A stretch of DNA of 64,000 nucleotides from assembly GCA_039809385.1 (NCBI GenBank), contig JBDHUY010000003.1, forward strand, positions 96,001 through 160,000. The letters are read 5' to 3'. Below, piece after piece: positions 39,301 to 50,064 of the stretch (positions are counted from its first letter, which is position 1; every line of letters begins with the position of its first letter). This stretch comes from Candidatus Altimarinota bacterium (GTDB taxonomy: Bacteria > Patescibacteriota > Gracilibacteria > JBDHUY01). A program made the position numbers and the translations under genes. The notes beneath the pieces are model-generated. The model made no database searches. It was not told where the DNA came from and saw nothing but the letters and a program-made list of their open reading frames with translations.

Positions 39301-39750
39301 CTGATCATCGCAACCATGGTGATCCAATTCAACTCGTTTCGGAAATCGCTGATTGTGCTGGTGACGATCCCCCTGGCGCTTATCGGTGTCATGTTCGGAC
39401 TGGCTCTGGTCCAGATCCCGCTCTCTTTTCCGGGGCTGATCGGTATTCTGGCGTTGTTCGGGATCGTGGTCAAAAACGCGATTATCTTGATCGACAAAAT
39501 CGACTTGAATATCCGTACCGGCATTCCATTCGACGAAGCGATTATCGACGGCGGGAAATCTCGCCTGGAAGCGATTTTTATTACTTCTTTCGCAACTATC
39601 GTAGGTATTATTCCGATCACGTTGTCGAGCGATTTATGGAAAGCCCTCGGCAGTGCCATTATCGCCGGGCTAAGTTGCTCTTCGTTTCTAACTCTCTTTA
39701 TTATTCCCACCTTGTTCCGGACGCTTATTTCCGAAAAGGAGCGATTTTAA
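36355..39750 (+). CDS. RND efflux permease (AcrB/AcrD/AcrF family)
   Basis: Motifs YPGASPGDVE, GLIVDDAIVV, QFNSF, GIVVKNAIILID and SRLEAIFITS. Confidence 0.95.
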   Translation: MPKKETSAHQSADSLYLEQLEFKPELNKMFLNFFVRNVRVVMLLMILIILVGLFAFFRLPRESDPEVKIPFAVVNAVYPGASPGDVEELVTKKLETEISGVKGIKTITSNSYNSVSSLSIEFESNLDGETVVRKLRDAVNTVKPELPDEVEEPLVREISVRDAPIWTLSISGPYDGFVLRDFAEQLQDDLEVIPTVREVQVFGGDEAELEVAYDPQKLIAYNLSPDTVNGLIRAANLGIPAGVFESQPYTYTVRSDSRFYDDKTLGNLPVLSTTQGAVVYLKDVASVSEKAIKRTIFSRLSIKGSAPENSVSVSIIKKTGGSIIDTVHAANRKVDELFKTLPADLKKDVTYDDAEQIEKDFDRLSHDFLITILLVFGILFLTIGLKEALMAGLVIPLTFFATFGVMLGTGTSLNFLSIFSLLLSLGLIVDDAIVVVAATKQYLSSGKFTPEEAVLLVLNDFKVPLITTTLTTIWAFLPLLLSTGITGEYIKSIPVTVSTMLAASTIIALVINHPLAAFLERLRLTGRVFGIITGIVTLVALISLGTGNIFLFVITLILLIVLILWYFFRGKKIMRQNSVLLEAEATDPEKIKQKLKLQVSREHANFWERLIHGIFQLNFFLPLYDRLIRWMIKTRLTRFLTLFVTFLLFCGAIFLVMTGAVKSEFFPKTDYPLMYITLEAPVGLRLEETDKLVQRLEDYLMTIPEVKNFSTTVGREVSVGIGGGASTGTHLATISVSLVDKEERHIVSYVLADRMRQELQSFEGAVVSVVAPSGGPPAGADIEMRIKGEDLKILETLGQEYQSLLGQVPGVVDTSLSLKPSPAEYTFQLDPSLLRLYGLTTAQVGGTLRMAIAGTEVTKVLRAGDEIKVVARFDKTKIPSLEDLQNIQLINQMGSPVFLKDVASIQLTPSLEKITRIDQDRVVILSGTVSAKTNPSEALAEYKKRIASKILPTGYVVEFGGQNEENEESVTSILNAMTLSFLLIIATMVIQFNSFRKSLIVLVTIPLALIGVMFGLALVQIPLSFPGLIGILALFGIVVKNAIILIDKIDLNIRTGIPFDEAIIDGGKSRLEAIFITSFATIVGIIPITLSSDLWKALGSAIIAGLSCSSFLTLFIIPTLFRTLISEKERF

Positions 39751-39829
39751 AGGTGAGAATCCTTTTACCTTGAAAAAAATCAGTGGGACTTTATACTAAA
39801 GAAGTGTTATTTTGCTCTCATTTTTGCCT

Positions 39830-40054
39830 ATGGCAGAGACTGAACCCGGTAAAAGAAATCAGAAAGTAGACAAACTGGTCAAAGGTATTTTGATCGGTGG
39901 CGCTTTGGGGTCTTTAGTAGGTGCCACGGTCGCCGGTATCGGGAAAAAGAAAAAAAATGAAATTTCTTCCTCTTCGGTCGAAAAGCCCAAGAAAAAGGGC
40001 ATGGTTTCCAGTTTTGTCCGGGGAATGAAGGTTTTGATCAAAGGGAAGAAATAG
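39830..40054 (+). CDS. Small YtxH-like membrane-associated protein
   Basis: GILIGGALGSLVG hydrophobic segment followed by a Lys-rich tail. Confidence 0.6.
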   Translation: MAETEPGKRNQKVDKLVKGILIGGALGSLVGATVAGIGKKKKNEISSSSVEKPKKKGMVSSFVRGMKVLIKGKK

Positions 40055-40085
40055 TTATTTGCACTTTTTAATTGTTTTGCGTTGC

Positions 40086-41510
40086 ATGTCTAAGTCCGCT
40101 CGTATTACAGTTGTAGCTTTTCTTTGTCTGTTTCTTCAGCCAACCCCGGTTTGGGGTGCCAGTGGTGATATACTACCAACTACGACCGGAACCGGGACAG
40201 TTGTTGGCGAAACGACCGCCAATGAAACGAAAGCGACAGAACGACGACAGAGTACCGTTTTGATCGATGCTACCGGAATAAGCGATCCGGCTGTCCTTTT
40301 GAAGCAAATATCTTCCCGCAAGATTCGCGTTATAAACGGCGGGAAAGAGTGGTCTTTTTCTTTGGATACCACCGATCTGCAACTTCAGAAAAAACGATTC
40401 GTGCAGTTTGCCGGACTAGAGCTCCCGCTTCGCTTTGGGGCGGCTACCGACTTTCCTGTGAAAGAAAAATATGTCATACCAGTTCCTTTCGAGCGGATAA
40501 TTCCTTACTTGGAGGCAGGTCCTGAAAAAGAACTGAACCGCGATAAAAAAGATGTTACGATCCGTCGCGAAAACGATCAGATCGTTTTCGATGGCACTGC
40601 CGAGGACGGGCAGAAAGTAAGCCGTGAAGCTTTCGTCAAAACGCTTGGTCTTTCGCTGGAAAAAGATATTTCCACGCTGCAACTTCCCGTAATCGATCGG
40701 GCCGGCCAGGTTTTTGCCGATAAGAGTATTCAGGATCTCAATATTAAAGAACTGGTTAGTACCGGACTATCCGATTTCGCCGGCTCTCCCAAAAATCGAG
40801 TACATAATATCGGGGTGGGCGTTCGCAAATTTAACGGCGTCGTAATCAAAAAAGGCGACGAGTTTTCTTTTAACGATCATTTGGGACCGGTCGACGGGGC
40901 TCACGGTTTTTTGCCCGAACTGGTGATCAAAGGTCCCGAAACGATTCCCGAATTCGGCGGAGGTTTGTGTCAGGTTTCGAGTACTATGTTTCGGGCTGCG
41001 CTGTTTCGCGGCTTGCCGATCCTGGAACGTCGCAACCATTCCTATGCGGTGACCTATTACAAATGGCCGCTCGGCTGGGGCTTTGACGCCACGATCTATC
41101 CGGGGGCGGTTGATATGCGTTTTAAAAACGATACGCCGGGTGATCTCCTCGTCCAAGCTTATATCGAGGGAACCAGAGTCTACTATAAATTTTACGGGAT
41201 TAAAGATTCGCGCAAAGTCGACGTCAGCGATTCGATCGTCGTCGGGTATCGCGGACCACCTGCCGCGGTCAATATTCCTACTAACGCCCTTCCGGCCGGC
41301 GCCAAGCGGGTCAAAGAGAACGCGCATACCGGCCTTACCGCCTATTTTACCCGGCGTGTCGAATACCCGGACGGTAATACGACGGATGAGAAATTTACCA
41401 GTGTCTATCAGGCACGTCCGGCGGTCTATCTGGTAGGCGCATCTGCTCCTGCACCCGAGCAACCTGCTCCGACCGAACAATATTATGACGGAGGCCCGGT
41501 TGGCGGGTAA
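40086..41510 (+). CDS. VanW-family protein
   Basis: Motifs NRVHNI, FSFNDHLG, GGGLCQVSSTMFRAAL, ERRNHSY and GFDATIY...DMRFKNDT. Confidence 0.92.
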   Translation: MSKSARITVVAFLCLFLQPTPVWGASGDILPTTTGTGTVVGETTANETKATERRQSTVLIDATGISDPAVLLKQISSRKIRVINGGKEWSFSLDTTDLQLQKKRFVQFAGLELPLRFGAATDFPVKEKYVIPVPFERIIPYLEAGPEKELNRDKKDVTIRRENDQIVFDGTAEDGQKVSREAFVKTLGLSLEKDISTLQLPVIDRAGQVFADKSIQDLNIKELVSTGLSDFAGSPKNRVHNIGVGVRKFNGVVIKKGDEFSFNDHLGPVDGAHGFLPELVIKGPETIPEFGGGLCQVSSTMFRAALFRGLPILERRNHSYAVTYYKWPLGWGFDATIYPGAVDMRFKNDTPGDLLVQAYIEGTRVYYKFYGIKDSRKVDVSDSIVVGYRGPPAAVNIPTNALPAGAKRVKENAHTGLTAYFTRRVEYPDGNTTDEKFTSVYQARPAVYLVGASAPAPEQPAPTEQYYDGGPVGG

Positions 41511-41549
41511 ATGGATGTATTTTTATTTTGCTTTTTTTGTTCTTCTTTT

Positions 41550-42140
41550 ATGGATATCCGACTTTTGAACGATGCCAAGGCTGTTTCTATCAAAAATAAA
41601 GACGTATCACTCTTGATCGACCCTGTTGATTCGCAGCTTGTTGCCGATCTGATTGTCTATACCGATCCGGGTAGAGGTGAAACAAGTATAAAAAGCAATA
41701 AGACAACCACTGCCAAAGTATTTTTCGAGCCTGGCGAGTATGAATCCCGCGGGATGTTTTTATATGGTTTTTTTTATAAGGATGCGGACCAGCCGACTCT
41801 TTTTTATAAAATCGAGTATGAAGGATGCCATATCGCCTATCTTCCTGCCGGAATCCGGATACTTTCTCAGCAACAGCAGGATGAGCTGGGACGTATTGAT
41901 GTGTTGCTGGTAAATTTGGAAGGACATACGGATATGAAAGAAGTCAAAGATCTGGTCGAGAGCTTGGAACCGGGCGTCGTGATCCCGGTAGTTCCGGCTT
42001 CGAGGGAGTCACTGGAGGATTTTTTGAAAGTCATGGCGAAGGCCGAAGCGGTTCCTGTCGAGATGTTCGCCGCAGACCGTTATCCGTATCAGGAAGACAA
42101 AACCGAGGTAGTGGTGTTACAATCATCTGTTGCTTCCTAA
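41550..42140 (+). CDS. MBL-fold protein (Lactamase_B_3-like), metal ligands apparently lost
   Basis: Motifs LLIDP, PGEYE, IDVLLV and LEP.VVIP; no HxHxDH motif. Confidence 0.7.
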   Translation: MDIRLLNDAKAVSIKNKDVSLLIDPVDSQLVADLIVYTDPGRGETSIKSNKTTTAKVFFEPGEYESRGMFLYGFFYKDADQPTLFYKIEYEGCHIAYLPAGIRILSQQQQDELGRIDVLLVNLEGHTDMKEVKDLVESLEPGVVIPVVPASRESLEDFLKVMAKAEAVPVEMFAADRYPYQEDKTEVVVLQSSVAS

Positions 42141-42223
42141 CCTTTCACGCAGCTTCCGCTTGCTTCTGTTCTTTTTTTCAGCAGTCTTTTTCCTTGATAA
42201 GGCTATATGTATAGCAACTTTTT

Positions 42224-42772
42224 ATGATTCAAAACCGTTTCGTCATTATCGACACCGAAACTACCGGTTTGTCGGCTAACACGAATCATATCATTGAGAT
42301 CGCTCTAGTTGTCGTGGAAAAGGGGAGGATCGTCGATCGTTACACGAGCCTGGTGGATCCCGGCGTGGCTATTCCCTCGGGTATTACCGCTATTACCGGG
42401 ATCACCAGTCAAATGGTTTTTCGCGCTCCCCGCTTTTTTCAGATCCATGAGAAGATATTCGATTATTTACGGGATTCAATTCTGGTAGCGCACAATGCCC
42501 CTTTTGATACCGCGTTTATGCGCTCCGAATTCGGGCGTTGCGGAAAAATCTATGCACCTCCCACGCTCTGTACGGTCCAGCTGTCCCGCAAACTCTTTCC
42601 GATGGTGATCGGACATAAACTTGAAGATATTATTTATCGTTTTAAAATACCCTATAAGAGCCGCCACCGCGCCGAGGACGATGCTCTTGTCTTGTGGTAT
42701 TTTCTCGATCACGTACGAACCCGATTCGGAGACGAAAAGCTTGCCGCAGTCATGCGCGGATTGATTCGTTGA
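42224..42772 (+). CDS. DEDDh 3'-5' exonuclease (DnaQ/epsilon-like)
   Basis: Motifs IDTETTG, VAHNAPFD, CTVQLSR and HRAEDDA. Confidence 0.93.
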   Translation: MIQNRFVIIDTETTGLSANTNHIIEIALVVVEKGRIVDRYTSLVDPGVAIPSGITAITGITSQMVFRAPRFFQIHEKIFDYLRDSILVAHNAPFDTAFMRSEFGRCGKIYAPPTLCTVQLSRKLFPMVIGHKLEDIIYRFKIPYKSRHRAEDDALVLWYFLDHVRTRFGDEKLAAVMRGLIR

Positions 42773-42920
42773 GGGATTTGTATGGAGGTTCTTTCAACGT
42801 AGTACGTTTTTTCTGGCGTTTGCAACGAGCTCAAAAAAACGATATCCTGCCTACGTGGAAAAGAGATCTTAATGTTTGACAACGTAATTCTACAACTGAT
42901 TGTAATTGTCATCAAAGCAT

Positions 42921-43063
42921 AAAATCCTAAATCCGAAACTCTAAATTCGAAATAAATCACAAAAACGAAATACTAAACTGGGAGCATGGTTTGTGATTTA
43001 CATATTGGTATTTCGAATTTGTTTAGTCCGCCTAGGCGGATCGATATTCAAGCTTAGGATTTT
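42921..43063. repeat. Inverted pair of heptamer arrays with inserted TCCGCCTAGGCGGA palindrome
   Basis: AAATCCT-AAATCCG-AAACTCT-AAATTCG-AAAT-AAATCAC-AAAAACG-AAATACT, then the complementary arm ending TAGGATTTT. Palindrome at 43027-43040. Confidence 0.8.
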
Positions 43064-43118
43064 TGCCATCGTTACGCTACCTTGTAGAACTAATTTGTGG
43101 TAACTTTACCTATACAAT

Positions 43119-44939
43119 ATGTCGTCCATTCACATTTTATCCAAGAACCTCGCCAATCAGATCGCGGCTGGTGAAGTAATCGAACGTCCTTTTTCGATAG
43201 TCAAAGAGCTAGTTGAAAACAGTCTCGATGCCGGAGCAAGCGAAATTCGCATCTTGCTTGAACAGGGAGGGAAACAAAAGATCGAGGTGATCGATAACGG
43301 AGCGGGGATGGATCGTGCCGACGCGCTGCTGGCCTTGGAGCGATTTGCTACGAGTAAAATCACAAACGAAGACGATCTTTTTCGCATTTCCACTTTCGGG
43401 TTTCGGGGGGAAGCCTTACCCAGTATCGCCTCGGTTTCGATTCTCACGTTACAGACTTCCACTGAGCCTCACGGAGCGGGAACAGAGGTTCGGGTCAAGG
43501 GAGGAGAACGTGAATACGTGAAGGATACTGCTTTTAACCTGGGGACCCGTATGTTGGTCGAGCATTTGTTTTACAATATTCCGGCCCGGCAGAAATATCT
43601 CAAAAGCGATGCGACCGAATTGTCGCATATCGTCGAATATGTCTCTGCTATCGCGCTGGCCCATCCCGCCTGCACGTTCGGACTTTTTCATAATGGCAAA
43701 AAAGTCTTTGATCTAGTGCCCCGCGATACAGTTCTTATGCGGGTTATGGATATTTTCGGCTCCGAGGGACATGTTGATAATTTTCTGCCGCTGGATACCA
43801 AGACCGATACATTCCATCTCGAAGGCATTATCAGTCACCCGCGTATGAATAAAAACTCCGCCAAGTATGAATTTCTCTATGTAAATAATCGCCCTATTAA
43901 AAGTCCGCTGATCCATCGGGCCGTGGCCGAAGGATACGGGGTAAACCTTGAAAAAGGAGCATATCCTTTCTTCGTGCTAAATCTTAAACTGGATCCTTCC
44001 AAAGTGGATGTGAATGTTCATCCGCGCAAACTCGAGGTGCGTTTTGAGCAGCAGCAGTTGGTTTTTGACTTTTTTAAACGTTCGATTGCCGAAGCGCTGA
44101 ACGCTCATTTTCCTGCTGATACCAACGTGTTTGGTACAATACCTTCTGATGCCAGACAAGGGGAGTCTGTACCTTCGTTGGGTCGCGCGTTTTCACGCTA
44201 TCAGGGGGCTTCTTCGCCGCGTTCCCCGTATGCTCGTTCATTCCGGAATTCCTCTTCTGCCGATGCTTTCCCGACGCTTGCTCAACGGGTTGAGCCCTAT
44301 GAAACACGTAGCTCAGGCTTCATTGCCCAAGTGCCGGATGGTGTTTCTGAAGTTTCTAAAATTGTTAAACCAAAAATTCTGGGACAGCTCCATACTTGCT
44401 ATATTATACTTGAAAGTCCGGAAGGTTTTTCGGTGGTTGACCAGCATGCGGCACATGAGATTACGCTGTTTCACGAAATCAGGCAACGTTTTTCAAACCA
44501 CGAGGTGGTCTCGCAGCCTTTGTTATTTCCGCTGGGGATCGATATTGCTCAGGCCCGGATGGCGCTCTTTACTGAGTTTTTCGATTTCTTTCGCGGGGCT
44601 GGATTTGAGGTGGATCAGGCGGGTAAGTATGCGATTTTGGTACACGCTGTTCCGGCGGTGCTGGGACAGACGGATGTTGAGAAACTCATGGCCGATCTGG
44701 TGGAAGATTTGGCGGTAGATTCGACGGTGTCTCTTGATCAGAAATACGAGCGGTTGTTTGCCACGATGGCGTGTCGCGCTGCGGTGAAGTTTGGCGATCC
44801 GCTTTCGGTATCCGAACAGGAGAAGCTCATAGCAGGGTGGTCAGCGTTGGAAAACGGGTATACGTGTCCGCATGGTCGGCCGGTGGTGCGTCATTTTTCG
44901 CTTTCAGAGATGCTGAAGTGGTTTAAACGACCGGGGTAA
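43119..44939 (+). CDS. mutL: DNA mismatch repair protein MutL
   Basis: Motifs NQIAAGEVIERP, KELVENSLDAGA, FGFRGEAL, DVNVHP, DQHAAHE, ACR and CPHGRP. Confidence 0.98.
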   Translation: MSSIHILSKNLANQIAAGEVIERPFSIVKELVENSLDAGASEIRILLEQGGKQKIEVIDNGAGMDRADALLALERFATSKITNEDDLFRISTFGFRGEALPSIASVSILTLQTSTEPHGAGTEVRVKGGEREYVKDTAFNLGTRMLVEHLFYNIPARQKYLKSDATELSHIVEYVSAIALAHPACTFGLFHNGKKVFDLVPRDTVLMRVMDIFGSEGHVDNFLPLDTKTDTFHLEGIISHPRMNKNSAKYEFLYVNNRPIKSPLIHRAVAEGYGVNLEKGAYPFFVLNLKLDPSKVDVNVHPRKLEVRFEQQQLVFDFFKRSIAEALNAHFPADTNVFGTIPSDARQGESVPSLGRAFSRYQGASSPRSPYARSFRNSSSADAFPTLAQRVEPYETRSSGFIAQVPDGVSEVSKIVKPKILGQLHTCYIILESPEGFSVVDQHAAHEITLFHEIRQRFSNHEVVSQPLLFPLGIDIAQARMALFTEFFDFFRGAGFEVDQAGKYAILVHAVPAVLGQTDVEKLMADLVEDLAVDSTVSLDQKYERLFATMACRAAVKFGDPLSVSEQEKLIAGWSALENGYTCPHGRPVVRHFSLSEMLKWFKRPG

Positions 44940-44973
44940 GAATGTAATGTTGAAGTTCCATACTTGAGAATCA

Positions 44974-45067
44974 TTTTGCAGGATCAGATCTCCTGATCTA
45001 ATCTATATGTTTACCAAAATCTTCTTTATAAAAAGAAAAGACCAGGTCAGAAACCTAGTCCTGCATA
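44974..45067. repeat. REPIN-like inverted doublet between convergent mutL and tsaE
   Basis: Left arm TTTTGCAGGATCAGATCTCCTGATCT is identical to 53466-53491. Right arm AAAAGACCAGGTCAGAAACCTAGTCCTGCATA is 27/32 identical to 53869-53900. Confidence 0.75.
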
Positions 45068-45074
45068 AAAAACT

Positions 45075-45641
45075 TTATTCGACGATCAGCCCTTTTCCAT
45101 AGTTCTCGCTACAAACTCCCCTAATCTCTCGTTGCGAATCTCCTGTTTTTTTCAGAGAAATCCGAAAAAAACGTTTTCCGGAAGTCTTTTCCAATATTGG
45201 TATCAATATCTCCGGCCATTCGACGAGCATAATGGTTTTAGAGTTCATCAGCAGATCTTCTACGCCTAGCGGAAAAAGTTTCTCAATTTCCTCTACCCGG
45301 TAGAGATCCAGGTGGCAAAAAAGACCTTGTTCTTGGTTAAGCGAGAACGGGTACGTATGCATATAAATATAGGTAGGGCTGTTAATAACCTCTTCGATCC
45401 CAAGCCCCTGGCCTACTCCCTGTGTAAAGCAGGTTTTTCCGCTGCCCAGATTGCCGTGTAACAAAACGATATCGCCCCACTGTAATTTTTTGCCAAACTC
45501 GACACCCAGGTCAAACGTATCCTGCGCAGAATTACTTGTATGACGAAAGGACCAGGTTCCGTTTTGGGCTGTATTCCAGGTTATTATTTTACTCTTAAAG
45601 GGAATAACTTCAGGATAAGGCGGTTTTGCGTTCTTGGACAT
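45075..45641 (-). CDS. tsaE: tRNA t6A biosynthesis ATPase TsaE
   Basis: Motifs GNLGSGKT, SPTY, HLDLYR and VEWPE. Confidence 0.95.
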   Translation of the reverse strand: MSKNAKPPYPEVIPFKSKIITWNTAQNGTWSFRHTSNSAQDTFDLGVEFGKKLQWGDIVLLHGNLGSGKTCFTQGVGQGLGIEEVINSPTYIYMHTYPFSLNQEQGLFCHLDLYRVEEIEKLFPLGVEDLLMNSKTIMLVEWPEILIPILEKTSGKRFFRISLKKTGDSQREIRGVCSENYGKGLIVE

Positions 45642-45695
45642 TTTTTGCTAAAATAAGAAGAAATCACATCAAAATATATCTTAAAACAAAAACAT

Positions 45696-47264
45696 ATGGA
45701 AGAAAACAAGCATCCTGCCGCGCCGTCTTTTTTTACTCCCAAGAATATTGCCATTCTGGTAGGGGTAGGCGTCTTGACCGTAGCTCTCTATCTGTTCGGG
45801 TCGGGTACTTTGTTTAAAGCCAGTATCCTGGATCTGAGCCAAGTGCCGGCGTTTAACGGTACGGTTCGTCCGATCAACAAAACACTCAATTGGGCCAAAT
45901 TGTCCTCACAACAATTTGCCGACTTCAAAAGCGGCGCATTAAATTTTGACAATGCGGGCGACTTGTTAGTAGATTTACCTGATTATGACCCGAACGGGTT
46001 GTGTAATCCGACGAGCGATCCGGCATCCCAGCAGGCGCTAAAAACCTTTGTGACCGCCTATATGGGAAAATATACCTCTGGAACAGCACCTGCCTGCGAA
46101 AATGCCGGAAGCCACGTAGCGGTTGATATTCGCGGTCCCAAACTTACTCCGGTTTATGCAGTTGCCAACGGAATGGTCAGTAAAAAAGAGAGTGGAAAGA
46201 GTAATGGCAATGTTGTTTGTGTCAAACATCCGAATGTGCCTACGTATAAAGCCTCTGGGGCAACCACGACCTATACTTCCTGCTATTTACATATGGATTC
46301 GATTGAGCCAGGTATCGAAGTAGGAACGGTAGTAACAAAAGGGCAACAGATCGGAAAACTGGGAACTACCGGAACTTCGACGACCTTTCATGTTCATTTT
46401 CAACTGGATAAAAGCGATGCGCCATTTGATCCCTATTGGCCATTTACTTCCGCCGAAGCCACAGCGGCCGGGCTGGATTTCTTTAGCGGCGTTAACGAAG
46501 GTTTAGGGAAAGATAAGGGACTTCAATTTACTGAAAATCCAATGGAATGGGTTGAAGAAAACCTTACCTTCGGAACTACCGCTTCGGTCGGTACCACGGA
46601 TGTCCCTTTGCGTCCTTCCGCTCCGGTAGCGGGGGATCAAAAAAAAAACGAGAATATAGCCCCGCCTAGCTCGTCTTCCAGCTCATCCGGAGGTTCCTCC
46701 TCGGGAACTCCGACAGTTCCCACGCCTCCTACTACGCCATCCGTACCTGTAACACCTTCCGGTGACCGGTTCACCGATGTCCCCGACTCGCATCCCAATC
46801 AAGAAGCGATCTACGGATTACGGGCCAAAAACGTACTGGCCGGGAATCCCGATGGTACCTTCAAACCTGACGATCCGGTCAACCGCGCGGCGATGTGCAA
46901 AATCGCGCTGTTGGCCTACAATAAAGATCAGACACAGGAAGCCGACGTCTCGTTTAGCGATGTATCTCAATCAGACTGGTTTTACAAAATGGTCCGCTCG
47001 TGCGTCTCTCACGGTATCTTCAAAGGATACGCGGACAATACCTATCGCGGTGGCAATTCGATTCAGTGGCCCGAACTGGCCGTGGTTATCACGCGTTTAA
47101 AAGATTTGCCAGAGGGAAGTTGCGGCAATCCTGCGGGAGAGATTCCCCCCTGGGCCGAACCGGCTGCCGGCAAGATCTGTAAACTGATGGGCTTTTCCAA
47201 TTTACCAATGGATGCCGCGACCAGAGCGCAGGTGGCGGAGAGTGTGTGGAGAACGTTGAAGTAG
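45696..47264 (+). CDS. M23 peptidase with C-terminal SLH domains
   Basis: N-terminal TM, HVAVD, YLHM, HVHFQ, Pro/Ser/Thr linker, and SLH (FTDVP..H...GNPDGTFKPD.PVNRA). Confidence 0.9.
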   Translation: MEENKHPAAPSFFTPKNIAILVGVGVLTVALYLFGSGTLFKASILDLSQVPAFNGTVRPINKTLNWAKLSSQQFADFKSGALNFDNAGDLLVDLPDYDPNGLCNPTSDPASQQALKTFVTAYMGKYTSGTAPACENAGSHVAVDIRGPKLTPVYAVANGMVSKKESGKSNGNVVCVKHPNVPTYKASGATTTYTSCYLHMDSIEPGIEVGTVVTKGQQIGKLGTTGTSTTFHVHFQLDKSDAPFDPYWPFTSAEATAAGLDFFSGVNEGLGKDKGLQFTENPMEWVEENLTFGTTASVGTTDVPLRPSAPVAGDQKKNENIAPPSSSSSSSGGSSSGTPTVPTPPTTPSVPVTPSGDRFTDVPDSHPNQEAIYGLRAKNVLAGNPDGTFKPDDPVNRAAMCKIALLAYNKDQTQEADVSFSDVSQSDWFYKMVRSCVSHGIFKGYADNTYRGGNSIQWPELAVVITRLKDLPEGSCGNPAGEIPPWAEPAAGKICKLMGFSNLPMDAATRAQVAESVWRTLK

Positions 47265-47297
47265 TCACGGATTCATATAGTTGCCTATTGAGGGTAT

Positions 47298-47332
47298 AAA
47301 AAGATCATTCTCAAAACGGAACGATCTTTTTT
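47298..47332 (+). terminator. Intrinsic terminator-like hairpin
   Basis: AAAAAGATC-ATTCT-loop-GGAAC-GATCTTTTTT, about 35 nt after the stop at 47264. Confidence 0.55.
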
Positions 47333-47599
47333 GACTCGATCCATACAATGGAATTATTGAATAATTCTCATTATTTTAGAAATAGATCCTGGAAAATTTT
47401 CCATTCCCTAATCATAAAATGACTTTTTGAATTAAAAGTTATGAATTTATTATCTTTCTCTATTGATCTGCTTGGTTGAGTTTTGTACTCTTAGGATTAG
47501 TTCCAAGGTCCCATTAGTGCCATATGTCTGTATTCATCCTTACTGGACTTAATAGTCCCTCGACCCAGTAAATTGATCTTTATCCCATAAAATTTTTCT

Positions 47600-48019
47600 A
47601 CGGAGCGACAAAATGCGAGAGGTATTGTCAAGAAAGACGACACCATCATTCTCATACACAGAATAAAAAACAATCAAGAATACTGGGTGGTTCCTGGAGG
47701 GGGAATCGAAAAGGGAGAAACTTCCCAAGAGGCACTTACAAGAGAAATGAAAGAAGAGTTGGGTATTCAGGTTCGGATAATAAAGGAAGCTGCAAGAATT
47801 AGGAAAGATATGAACGGTATAGTTACTACTGAAACATTCTATTGCTGTGAATATTTATCTGGAGAAATAGGCTCTGGCCAGGGAGAAGAATTCACTATAA
47901 GGAATACCTCACAGAATTTTTATAAGATCGAAGCTTTAAATGCTGAGGCTATCCAGAAGGCTATTATTATGCCTACTGCAATAAAAAATGTCTTAATAGA
48001 CATTTTGAATGATGTTTAA
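47600..48019 (+). CDS. NUDIX hydrolase, start codon uncertain (ACG at 47600)
   Basis: Frame is open from 47591: (T)ERQNARGIVKKDDTIILIHRIKNNQEYWVVPGGGIEKGE...REMKEELG (Nudix box). Confidence 0.75.
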   Translation, partial: TERQNARGIVKKDDTIILIHRIKNNQEYWVVPGGGIEKGETSQEALTREMKEELGIQVRIIKEAARIRKDMNGIVTTETFYCCEYLSGEIGSGQGEEFTIRNTSQNFYKIEALNAEAIQKAIIMPTAIKNVLIDILNDV

Positions 48020-48144
48020 TTAACAAAAAGGTTTGTTTAATAAACTTGAATATCTGAAAAGTAATTTCTGGTACAAATTTCTTTATTGAGAAAGGAAACC
48101 GAGATTTTATCTTGCTACTGACCTTTTTCGTCTTTGATTATTTT

Positions 48145-49530
<1,386 letters not shown>

Positions 49531-49597
49531 GGAAAACAACGAATGGAGTAGTGAAAGAGAAGCGGAAGGGGATACCGGATCTTCTCTTTTTTATAAG

Positions 49598-49990
49598 CCC
49601 CGTGCCTATCTATAAGCCGAGTTCTGTCGCATATTGCAAAGCAATATACGGATGTTTATCTCTCTTGTCCCGGAATCGCTTCCGGGATCGTGCGGCGTGC
49701 ACGCGTGCCGAGTGCAAAAGTACAGGTGGTTCACGCGTTCCATTCACGCCTTGTACCCGAGCAGGGTTTTTCGACATGCCTCTTAATAAAAAGAGGCCGT
49801 TCCCCCTGAGGAGGACTTTTCACCTTTCGCCCCGACCAGGAAGGACGGGACTAGTATGGTCTCTGTGACACTTTCCATCCCGCGACGTTTCAGGCCGCGG
49901 GTGTTCCCGTTAGGAACTGCCGTCTTTTGAGGTACCCGGACTTTCCTCCCCGATTTTTAACATCGGGGCAAACATCCGATAAACACGAGG
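49598..49990 (-). ncRNA. rnpB: RNase P RNA
   Basis: Minus strand carries GAGGAAAGTCCGGG near the 5' end and ACAGAACTCGGCTTAT near the 3' end. P1 helix is CCTCGTGTTTATC / GATAGGCACGGGG; length about 393 nt. Confidence 0.95.
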
Positions 49991-50064
49991 CGAGCAAAGT
50001 GTAGCTTGTTTTTTGTGTAAAAACCAGTAGTTTTAGAGTAGTTTTTTAAATGTAAACTTTGACG

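Noticed and set aside
47340-47590. Gene remnant in the AT-rich gap before the second NUDIX gene
   Set aside because: The frames I read are short and show no recognisable motif, so I cannot support a call.
49551-49868. 105-aa ORF on the plus strand
   Set aside because: It is antisense to the RNase P RNA and has no protein features.
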